Shown: one piece after another, positions 48,328-55,073 of the stretch | How the letters are laid out: each line of letters begins with the position of its first letter | Position numbering within the stretch: the stretch's first letter is position 1 | Virus record (IMG/VR): IMGVR_UViG_3300044510_000078 | Direction: 5' to 3' (one strand) | Source of the DNA: a virus | Length of the DNA: 64,000 nt | The notes under the pieces: generated by a model | Told to the model about the DNA's origin: nothing | Database searches by the model: none | The model's input: only the letters and a program-made list of their open reading frames with translations | Translations under genes and position numbers: made by a program

Positions 48328-48398
48328 TTCCCACATCTAGGGAGAGCTTTCGCTTGCTGATTATAAGTCAGCTATGTTACCAATTACATCACGGAACT
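48296..48398 (-). tRNA. tRNA-Ile(TAT) with about 31-nt expanded variable region
   Basis: AGTTCCG/CGGAACT, GCTGA-CTTATAA-TCAGC, then AAGCGAAAGCTCTCCCTAGATGTGGGAATT before the T-arm. Confidence 0.8.
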
Positions 48399-48406
48399 AA
48401 TAAACT

Positions 48407-48480
48407 TGGTAGCGGATTCTGGACTCGAACCAGCCCTTGAGCTTATGAAACTCAAATGCAACCTCTTACACCTTTCCGCA
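48407..48480 (-). tRNA. tRNA-Met(CAT), 1:72 mismatch
   Basis: TGAGT-TTCATAA-GCTCA, T-arm, CCA. Confidence 0.8.
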
Positions 48481-48487
48481 AATCATT

Positions 48488-48561
48488 TGGAGCAGTATGC
48501 CGGAATCGAACCGGCACATAAACTATGGCAAAGTTTCAGGCTTCCACTACATCAATACTGC
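48488..48561 (-). tRNA. tRNA-Gly(GCC)
   Basis: GCAGTAT/ATACTGC, AAACT-TTGCCAT-AGTTT, U73. Confidence 0.88.
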
Positions 48562-48567
48562 ATTATT

Positions 48568-48643
48568 TGGTGGAGCCGTGGAGAGTTGAACTCCAAACCT
48601 TCTCGGTGCAAACGAGACGCTCTGCCAGTTGAGCTACGGCCCC
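48568..48643 (-). tRNA. tRNA-Ala(TGC)
   Basis: G3:U70, TCTCG-TTTGCAC-CGAGA, CCA. Confidence 0.95.
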
Positions 48644-48654
48644 AAAAAAGAACA

Positions 48655-48730
48655 TGGCTGCTAGAGCAGGAGTCGAACCCGCACCGTTTCCGTTAACAGC
48701 GGAAAGGACTACCAATTATCCCACCTAGCA
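48655..48730 (-). tRNA. tRNA-Asn(GTT)
   Basis: TTCCG-CTGTTAA-CGGAA, G73, CCA. Confidence 0.92.
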
Positions 48731-48735
48731 ATCTT

Positions 48736-48810
48736 TGGAGCCAAATGGAGGAATCGAACCCCCGTTTCAAAGATACAAACCTCGCGTAATAGCCACTATA
48801 CGAATTTGGC
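48736..48810 (-). tRNA. tRNA-Thr(TGT)
   Basis: GCCAAAT/ATTTGGC, TTTGTAT loop, CCA. Confidence 0.85.
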
Positions 48811-48889
48811 GTCTGTGAATATACTACACTACCCCTAAACAAAAATCAAGAAAAAACAATCTAATCTCTTTCTTATCTATTCCTTTTCC

Positions 48890-49327
48890 CTATTCACAGA
48901 AGTCAATAATCACAGGTTTTCCATCGTGGAAACGGACATTGGAGCGGCGAATGTCGTCAATCAAATTGTATCCATTTTCTTCGCAAAAAAACTCAATTTC
49001 TTTCAAGGCTTTTGCGCTTGAACCACCGATTCCATTGGCTTTTATTTGAACGAAGAAAAACTTCCGTTCGTAAATTGGCCACAAAAAATACTTTTGAAAT
49101 TTTGGAGATATACTGGCGCGAGCCGTTTTGAAACAGTCAACGTCACGGTCGTTTTCATCCTTCCAAACCTTAAAAACATATTCAGGAAAATCTAGATGAT
49201 AATACACCCACTTGAATGCACCAGAAAACAAAAACTTAAATCCTAATTTTTTACACTGTTGTCTTACCTTAATTGGCGAATCCAAACAAGGAAGACTCAA
49301 CAGAGCAATGGCGGATTTGAATTTCAT
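48890..49327 (-). CDS. Small protein-kinase-like (APH/RIO-type) protein
   Basis: SGAFKWVY, YVFKV, DDIRRSNV...PVIIDF catalytic-loop and DFG-like motifs. Confidence 0.6.
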   Translation of the reverse strand: MKFKSAIALLSLPCLDSPIKVRQQCKKLGFKFLFSGAFKWVYYHLDFPEYVFKVWKDENDRDVDCFKTARASISPKFQKYFLWPIYERKFFFVQIKANGIGGSSAKALKEIEFFCEENGYNLIDDIRRSNVRFHDGKPVIIDFCE

Positions 49328-49404
49328 CTATTTAATAGTATCTTGATTTTTCGGGAAAAGCAAGCTCCAACACTTTAAGCAAAACCGCTGATATTCAAGG
49401 ACTT

Positions 49405-49773
49405 CTACTTCAAAACACAGGAGACACCATTTCTTATGATAGATGGGTTTTTGGGTGTCGTATTTAGATTTATGAAACATACGGTAATATGCAACGGCCA
49501 AAAAGGATTAGAAGAAAGGCCCAATTCGCGTCGTATTTCGGCGACTTCTGGACACTCTATCACAATCCAAAAATACCCGTCGTCATCACACCGTATTACA
49601 CCGTCATAAAAGAATGAGAGTTTTTGTCCCTCAAATTTTCCCCAAGAGGGATGGGAAGAAACATTGTCGTATTTGCCCGCTATTAAGGTAGCGTGTGAAC
49701 CGTGAAGGGGTAGCGTAGCTTTCTTCCAAAGAAATTTCTCCACCCACCATTTATAATACTCGCTTTTTGCCAA
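49405..49773 (-). CDS. 2H phosphoesterase-like protein (N-terminus uncertain)
   Basis: Two HxT motifs (GSHATL, PLHITV), YYKWW, IRRELGL; may be joined to 49683-49964 through a frameshift. Confidence 0.65.
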   Translation of the reverse strand: MAKSEYYKWWVEKFLWKKATLPLHGSHATLIAGKYDNVSSHPSWGKFEGQKLSFFYDGVIRCDDDGYFWIVIECPEVAEIRRELGLSSNPFWPLHITVCFINLNTTPKNPSIIRNGVSCVLK

Positions 49774-50004
49774 AAGATTCTTTTATTGATTTCGTCTTTG
49801 AATTTTCCGGCGTATTGGTTCGGAGCAACCTCTAAGAGAGTCCATTCGCTTAGGACATCAAACTCAGAAATAAGAAGTCTTTTTCTTATTAAATTTTCCC
49901 AATTTGCTTCAATCATAATTAACTTGTAAAAAAATGTGAACCACCAATGATAATCGTTAGCCATAGCGCGTCACGTATAACACTTACATCTTTTACAAAA
50001 CACG

Positions 50005-50283
50005 CTAATTTGTCATGGAAATACCAAAATCCCTGACCTTAAATTCGGGCGAAAGGGAATTGGGTAGATGCACTTCAAATGGAATATTTTCATTGCCAGC
50101 CGCAACATGAGCGTCCCAAGCGTTAGAACAAAGCTCCCGAATGGCTGTTTGGATTTTGTTGGAATATAGCTTGGAACTGAGTAACCCTAAAATGTGCGCC
50201 GTTTCTTCCCGGTCAATGCGAAAAGCGGCGGTATTGATGGTGCCGCTTTGCTCAACCTCGTTGCGACGTTCTTCAATAATCAT
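50005..50283 (-). pseudogene. N-terminal fragment of an rIIA-like HSP90/GHKL ATPase
   Basis: LLSSKLYSNKIQTAIRELCSNAWDAH...EFKVRDFGI, then a stop after 92 aa. Confidence 0.75.
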
Positions 50284-50624
50284 AAATGAAGAATAGAGAA
50301 TTCCCCGTGCGTTGTCAAGGATTTACTTTTCAATTCGTAAAGTGAGATATACTAAAAATCCGAAAAAACCACCGAGCAACACGGGAGAAAGCGTAATGAG
50401 TGTTCGGTTTTTGAAAATCATGGCTAAACCGAGGGTGATTAGCCAACAAATCAACAGCCCAAGCAAAATTTTGTTCTCTTTTGTCATGTAGTATATCCTA
50501 TCAAGATTTTAACCGCCGTCAACTAAAAAAAATCAAGCCCCTTCGCTTATTAAAACTTTCGTGCCGCGTTTCATATCTCTTGATTAGAGTATAGGGGAAT
50601 TCTCTAAGAAAAGCAAGAAAATTT

Positions 50625-50700
50625 TGGAGCAGTATGCGGGACTCGAACCCGCTGTCTTCACGTTGGAAGCGTGATGTGTGGCCAGTTACACCTATACTGC
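50625..50700 (-). tRNA. tRNA-Gly(TCC)
   Basis: TCACG-CTTCCAA-CGTGA, U73, CCA. Confidence 0.93.
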
Positions 50701-50704
50701 ATTT

Positions 50705-50780
50705 TGGTGGGCAAGGCAGGATTTGAACCCGCGACTTCTTCGGTGTAAACGAAGCACTCTGGCCGCTGAGTTACTCGCCC
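50705..50780 (-). tRNA. tRNA-Val(TAC)
   Basis: CTTCG-TTTACAC-CGAAG, CCA. Confidence 0.95.
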
Positions 50781-50783
50781 AAA

Positions 50784-50861
50784 TGGTCTGAATGGAGGGA
50801 TTTGAACCCACGTTATTCTACGCCCCAAACGTAGTGCCATGCCAAGCTAGGCGACACTCAG
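50784..50861 (-). tRNA. tRNA-Pro(TGG)
   Basis: CTACG-TTTGGGG-CGTAG, CCA. Confidence 0.92.
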
Positions 50862-50873
50862 ATAAAAGAACTT

Positions 50874-50959
50874 TGGCGGAAGCAGAAGGAATCGAACCCT
50901 CGACCCACATAGGAGCAACTGTTTTCAAGACAGCATCCTCGACCAGCCGGACTACTTCC
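50874..50959 (-). tRNA. tRNA-Ser(TGA)
   Basis: GCTGT-CTTGAAA-ACAGT, long variable arm, G73, CCA. Confidence 0.93.
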
Positions 50960-51005
50960 AATTGATATATCTTACACAAAATTTTGAGATTTGTCAAGAA
51001 AAACG

Positions 51006-51142
51006 TGCGGGAGGTGGGACTCGAACCCACAAGCCTTTTAAGGGGCGACGGATTTTAATGGTTAGGACTTTCGAGAATCGAACTCTTATGCGCCTTTACG
51101 CTCGCCCTCGTCCATTGTGTCTGCCAATTCCACCACTCCCGC
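51006..51142 (-). tRNA. tRNA-Leu(TAA) interrupted by a 51-nt insert between positions 32 and 33
   Basis: GCGGGAG/CTCCCGC, ATGGA-C[insert 51109-51059]TTAAAA-TCCGT, long variable arm, T-arm. Confidence 0.85.
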
Positions 51143-51145
51143 GAA

Positions 51146-51224
51146 ATTTGGTTTGCGCCAATTTTTAGTTAAAGCATGACAATTACAACAAAGCAATTGT
51201 AAATTTGTCTTTTCATTATTTGTC
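51146..51224 (-). pseudogene. C-terminal remnant of an HNH endonuclease
   Basis: NNEKTNLQLLCCNCHALTKNW matches the HNH N...NL..LC.NCH motif. Confidence 0.7.
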
Positions 51225-51262
51225 CTTAAGGCGTTTGTCTCCTGCCATTGGACTACACAGCC
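51224..51262 (-). pseudogene. 5' half of a tRNA-Leu(TAA)
   Basis: GGCTGTG-TA-GTCCAATGGCAGGAGAC-A-AACGC-CTTAAG, then an abrupt switch to HNH-coding sequence. Confidence 0.8.
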
Positions 51263-51264
51263 AT

Positions 51265-51342
51265 TGGTGGTTCGGGAGGGAGTTGAACCCACACTGTTTT
51301 GCTTCTAAGGCGAACGTCTCCTGCCAGTTGGACTACCGAACC
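51265..51342 (-). tRNA. tRNA-Leu(TAG) with a short variable loop
   Basis: GGTTCGG/CCGAACC, CTTAGAA loop, variable region ACAGT only, CCA. Confidence 0.8.
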
Positions 51343-51429
51343 ATAAACTATACTACAAAAATTTTCTTTTTATGTCAAGAAAAACCATTCTCACCCCAAA
51401 AACTTCATTAAATTCTTAAAAAATAATGG

Positions 51430-51546
51430 GTTTTCAGAACAAAAGTAGCGGATACCCGTTCTCTGGATTACCCTAAACCACCCGACTTTTCGTTGGACGC
51501 CCGCGCAACGAGCAAAAGCCGAAAACCAAGTCCCCGTTCCCACCCC
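51430..51546 (-). ncRNA. Candidate ncRNA of about 115 nt inside the tRNA array
   Basis: TTGACA-17-TAAGAT promoter; starts GGGGTGGG; CGGCTTTT/AAAAGTCG, CGTTG/CAACG and AGAAC/GTTCT stems; no ORF. Confidence 0.5.
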
Positions 51547-51577
51547 AAAAGTATCTTACACGAATTTTTGTTAAGTG

Positions 51578-51820
51578 TCAAGGGTTGAAGTTAAGTTTTT
51601 TAAGGCGTCGCTTGAGCTGAGTCCTAGAACCTAAAGCGTCCCAAGAAGTTTTGCGTCCAAGAATCTTCCTGACGCAAGCCATCGCGTCATAGTTTAGAAA
51701 CTTTTTAACTTGAGTTTTAGAATCAAGCGCATCCAAAATTGTGACCAAATCTTCAATCTTTTGAAGAGTTTCAAGTCGCGCCTTAACTTCTTTTTCAGGT
51801 ATGGTAGAAAGGTCAATCAT
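51578..51820 (-). CDS. Hypothetical protein (80 aa)
   Basis: ATG at 51820; ORF track. Confidence 0.65.
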   Translation of the reverse strand: MIDLSTIPEKEVKARLETLQKIEDLVTILDALDSKTQVKKFLNYDAMACVRKILGRKTSWDALGSRTQLKRRLKKLNFNP

Positions 51821-52048
51821 ATCTTTTAAGGAGATTATCGCTCGATTAGTTCCCAATCTTGGAAATCGTAGTCCATTTCTTTGTCGGTTACTGGATGGAT
51901 AATTGTCAGATTCATGTCTTCCAAAACCTCCAAAGCGGCGTCGTAATTTTCGGCCTCAATTGGGGTGGTTATTGTGATTTTTGCGATGAATTGCATGGGA
52001 ATATCTTAACGGAAACTTGGAAACAAGTCAAGAAAAATCAATTAAAAT

Positions 52049-52124
52049 TGGCGCAGCCGGTAGGATTCAAACCCACATTTATCTCCTTAGAAGGGAGGAG
52101 CCTATTCATTCGAGCCACGACTGC
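52049..52124 (-). tRNA. tRNA-Arg(TCT)
   Basis: CTCC-CTTCTAA-GGAG, CCA. Confidence 0.88.
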
Positions 52125-52133
52125 CTTATTATT

Positions 52134-52212
52134 TGGTGCTTCATTCAAGATTTGAACTTGAAACCTTGTCTTTAGGAAAGACTTGCTCTTAATCCAATTG
52201 AGCTAATGAAGC
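52134..52212 (-). tRNA. tRNA-Arg(CCT)
   Basis: GCTTCAT/ATGAAGC, GTCT-TTCCTAA-AGAC, CCA. Confidence 0.9.
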
Positions 52213-52215
52213 GTT

Positions 52216-52293
52216 TGGCTGGGACGGCAGGACTCGAACCTGCGAATGACGGAGGTTCAAAGCCTCCCGCAATAGCCGCTATGCGACATCCCA
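52216..52293 (-). tRNA. tRNA-Gln(TTG)
   Basis: TGGGATG/CGTCCCA, GGAGG-CTTTGAA-CCTCC, CCA. Confidence 0.93.
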
Positions 52294-52351
52294 ATACTCC
52301 ATTATACACAAAATTCATAAAATGTCAAAGAATTATCTTTCCTTCTTTGAG

Positions 52352-52723
52352 TCAACCCTTGGGTATATCCACCCGCTTCCCCTTGCTATCAAAGCCACAA
52401 ACTACCACCCTATCCCCTTGCTTGCAAACATGATAGGTGAATTCCTCCCAAACATTCTTCGTGTTCGGCGGGTAGAGATAGATATTGCCAATCTCACGCT
52501 TCAATGCCCCGACGATTTGGGCGGCAGCGCAACCCATCCCGTTAGCGTGCGTTCCGGCCCGCGCACCGCTGCCAATACCATTGATAACCTTCATCTTATC
52601 CACAATGGCCCGCAAGTCTGCCCCCATCCCTTCGGGATACCCGTCCATTTGGCGGTAGATGGTAACAATGACGGGCGCATCCATGTCGCCGTCGTGAATG
52701 TGAGTTAGTGAACGTGTTCCCAT
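52352..52723 (-). CDS. Conserved phage protein (MGTRSLT...IYRQMDGYPEGMG)
   Basis: Promoter TTGACA-17-TATTCT-6-ATG. Confidence 0.85.
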   Translation of the reverse strand: MGTRSLTHIHDGDMDAPVIVTIYRQMDGYPEGMGADLRAIVDKMKVINGIGSGARAGTHANGMGCAAAQIVGALKREIGNIYLYPPNTKNVWEEFTYHVCKQGDRVVVCGFDSKGKRVDIPKG

Positions 52724-52754
52724 GTAAAAAGAATAGGTTTTTTTGTTTGGTTTG

Positions 52755-52994
52755 TCAAGCGGGTATCAGATATTTGCTTGGGATTTCAAAGAAGGGCGGT
52801 TGGTTCGGTTTTAGGGTGTAATCCCCCTCTTTGCAAGAGCCGTAGGCGGGGCCACGATAGAGATAAACTGTTTGCCCCTTACGCAAGGGCTTATCAAGCC
52901 AAAACAAAGTCTTGCGCCCCAAGTATTTGCGCGTTTTGTATTTTTCGGGCACGATGGTATTTATGCAAGTTTTAATCTTCGTCGCTCGTATCAT
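52755..52994 (-). CDS. Hypothetical protein (79 aa)
   Basis: ORF in operon. Confidence 0.6.
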   Translation of the reverse strand: MIRATKIKTCINTIVPEKYKTRKYLGRKTLFWLDKPLRKGQTVYLYRGPAYGSCKEGDYTLKPNQPPFFEIPSKYLIPA

Positions 52995-53325
52995 CGCTCA
53001 ATCGCAACGCGCCGGATAGTCCCTTACCGTCCTGCCTTACCATTGTCCACACCGACGCGGTAACGGTTTTCTTTTTCAAATCATACAAAACATCATCACC
53101 ATAACTATTCCCATCGCCCGCGCCAGAATACTCATAAACGCGCCAAACCCAAGATTCAAGGCGCTCGTTAAGGAGTGAATCAAATACACTCCTACCATTG
53201 GCATTACAACACTCAATATCCAAATATCCTTCATCGCTGCCGCCAGAAAAGGAGAGTTGAATGGTGGCAATGTCCAGAGCAAGGGCGGCATCAAACAGGG
53301 CGCGGGGCAGGGGTTGGATTTCCAT
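52972..53325 (-). CDS. DUF6878-like protein
   Basis: IQLSFSGGSDEG motif; typically paired with the DUF6915-like neighbour. Confidence 0.65.
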   Translation of the reverse strand: MEIQPLPRALFDAALALDIATIQLSFSGGSDEGYLDIECCNANGRSVFDSLLNERLESWVWRVYEYSGAGDGNSYGDDVLYDLKKKTVTASVWTMVRQDGKGLSGALRLSDDTSDED

Positions 53326-53352
53326 AGATTTTGTTTGTTTTTTTTGTTGTTT

Positions 53353-53712
53353 TTACTGCGTTTCCAGCGCAAAAACATTGCTTTTCTTACCTACGCGAAG
53401 CATCCAGCTTTTCGGCTTCTCTTTCAAGCATAAAAGCCAATCTTGGGGCGTTGGGACAAAGCCACAATCCTCGGTAACGTGTTCTTCGGCAAGGGTTTTC
53501 GTCGGAATGAGTTGGCCCGAACTATTTTGAATGGAGTGTCCAAAGCGTTCAATAGCCCATTGAATACCCGCTGAATGGTGACGTAAAGCACGGTGCGTCC
53601 AATTTCCAGTAAATTGCTTCGTTTCGTCCAGCCAATCGTGCAGGGCGATATAATCAAGCGGTTTGCCGCCCCACTTGCGAGCCGAGCTTTCGGCGTGTTT
53701 GTAAGGCGTCAT
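53353..53712 (-). CDS. DUF6915-like protein
   Basis: HAESSARKWGG..DYIALHDWLDETK...HRALRHH...EEHVTEDCG..P...DWL. Confidence 0.75.
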   Translation of the reverse strand: MTPYKHAESSARKWGGKPLDYIALHDWLDETKQFTGNWTHRALRHHSAGIQWAIERFGHSIQNSSGQLIPTKTLAEEHVTEDCGFVPTPQDWLLCLKEKPKSWMLRVGKKSNVFALETQ

Positions 53713-53756
53713 AGATGAAGAATAAAAAATTTGCTGGATATTGTCAAGGGCTGGCC

Positions 53757-54008
53757 TTATTTATCCGCGCTATTCCCTTCATCGTTCAAGTTGAAAAATC
53801 CCGGTTCGCTGCCTGCGGCATACAAAAGTTTTGCCATTTTGCGCCCCGATACTGTCTTTTCGTGCGCCTTATTATTCGCCAAAACCAAAGCCCCCTCATT
53901 TACTTCGCGCCACAAGTTTTCCAATCCGATGCCCGTGCCGATAATGGAGGATTCCGAAAGAACGGTGAAGGTGAAGGTATTGATGTAGTATTTTTTTTTG
54001 TTGGGCAT
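53757..54008 (-). CDS. Hypothetical protein (83 aa; GSEPGFF)
   Basis: TTGACA promoter; leaderless. Confidence 0.75.
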   Translation of the reverse strand: MPNKKKYYINTFTFTVLSESSIIGTGIGLENLWREVNEGALVLANNKAHEKTVSGRKMAKLLYAAGSEPGFFNLNDEGNSADK

Positions 54009-54047
54009 GGAATAAGAATAAGGGATTTGCCGGGCGTTGTCAAATGC

Positions 54048-54224
54048 TTACTTACTCGCCTTTTGCCCGCTCCCCTTGCAAATAATCACCACCCGGCTGC
54101 CCGCGCCCTTCATTACCTTATGGCGGGGCATCGTGCCGCCATCCTCGCACTCGTAAGTATGTCCACATTTGGGGCATTGGCCGTGAATGTTTTGGGAGGA
54201 TATTTGGGTTTCGTTTTTTTTCAT
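54048..54224 (-). CDS. Small zinc-binding protein (58 aa), paralog of 36552-36707
   Basis: GQCPKCG...PRHKVMKGAGSR...CKGSG; ATG at 54224. Confidence 0.75.
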   Translation of the reverse strand: MKKNETQISSQNIHGQCPKCGHTYECEDGGTMPRHKVMKGAGSRVVIICKGSGQKASK

Positions 54225-54307
54225 AAAATATAATTCCCCACCTGATTCCGCACCCGATTCCACATCTGATTCCGCACCGTTTGCTGTATTTTGGAAACTT
54301 TCTTCAT
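54221..54307 (-). CDS. xNQV-repeat micropeptide (28 aa)
   Basis: Read manually: MKKVSKIQQTVRNQMWNRVRNQVGNYIL; ATGA overlap. Confidence 0.5.
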   Translation of the reverse strand: MKKVSKIQQTVRNQMWNRVRNQVGNYIL

Positions 54308-54516
54308 CTTAAAGGGGAGCCGCCAGAACCCGCGCTTTTTTAACTTACCTCGTAACGGTGCACTTCCCCTCTGCTATGGTCTTGCTTTGAGAGGCGTTAC
54401 TAGGCGCGCGTGAGGGGGATGTTGGACTTTTGCCAACCTCACCCTTTAGGACAAAACGGAGTTACCCCCGCCCCATCCCTTATCGTCCAGTTTCCCGACG
54501 CTTGGCGGCAAAAGTA

Positions 54517-54705
54517 TTATGCAACGACCAAATTCGCACCCACACCCTCAATGGGCACTTCCCGCACTTGCACTTCTTCCCCCGGCTTCGGGCGTCCGCG
54601 CCCACGGGGAACCCAAGTGCCGTCCCGCAGCACGAAGCTGACTGAACGGGTGAACTTTGTGCGCGGGCGTCCGGGCGGCTTCGGGATTACAAGGGTATCA
54701 CTCAT
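54517..54705 (-). CDS. AT-hook-containing microprotein (62 aa)
   Basis: PGRPR and PRGRGRPK motifs; TTGACA promoter. Confidence 0.7.
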   Translation of the reverse strand: MSDTLVIPKPPGRPRTKFTRSVSFVLRDGTWVPRGRGRPKPGEEVQVREVPIEGVGANLVVA

Positions 54706-54743
54706 GGGATGATGATAGGTGTTTTCAGGGTCTTTGTCAAGGG

Positions 54744-55073
54744 TTAATCACGCACGGGCGTAACCATATCCTTGAGATAATCGAATTCCCGAACGCGGCC
54801 AATCTCCCAAATCCCCGCTTCCAGCTTAATCGGGCCATGTTCTTCATGGACAACTGTTGCGGGCTTGGCGAGCGAGAGAAGCATTTTCTCGCCAATTTGA
54901 ACCAATGCCGCTTCATCATCCTCAACGACGTGAGCGTGGCCGGTGGCCTCACCCTCCGCCAACACGCAACGACGCTTTGAAATCGGCGTTTGCTTGCCTT
55001 CAAGTGCGGTGGCGTCCACCGGGATAAGGAGAACGTCACCTTGCTGTTTCGGGAGTCTATTGATGTTTTTCAT
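54744..55073 (-). CDS. Conserved phage protein (QQGDVLL...LAEGEATGHAH...HEEH)
   Basis: Recognisable motif; leaderless promoter. Confidence 0.85.
   Translation of the reverse strand: MKNINRLPKQQGDVLLIPVDATALEGKQTPISKRRCVLAEGEATGHAHVVEDDEAALVQIGEKMLLSLAKPATVVHEEHGPIKLEAGIWEIGRVREFDYLKDMVTPVRD

Noticed and set aside
48406-48696. ORFs at 48406, 50658, 50818, 50962, 51205 and 52206
   Set aside because: They are translations of tRNA genes or their antisense strand.
25040-49405. Repeat-spacer pattern as a CRISPR array
   Set aside because: Units are degenerate palindromes separated by whole genes, not identical repeats with 30-40 nt spacers; no cas genes are present.
51059-51109. Group I or group II intron, or hammerhead ribozyme, in tRNA-Leu
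   Set aside because: At 51 nt it is far too short; it has no P7, GUGYG or domain-V signature and no CUGAUGA core, and the insertion position differs from the known group I site.
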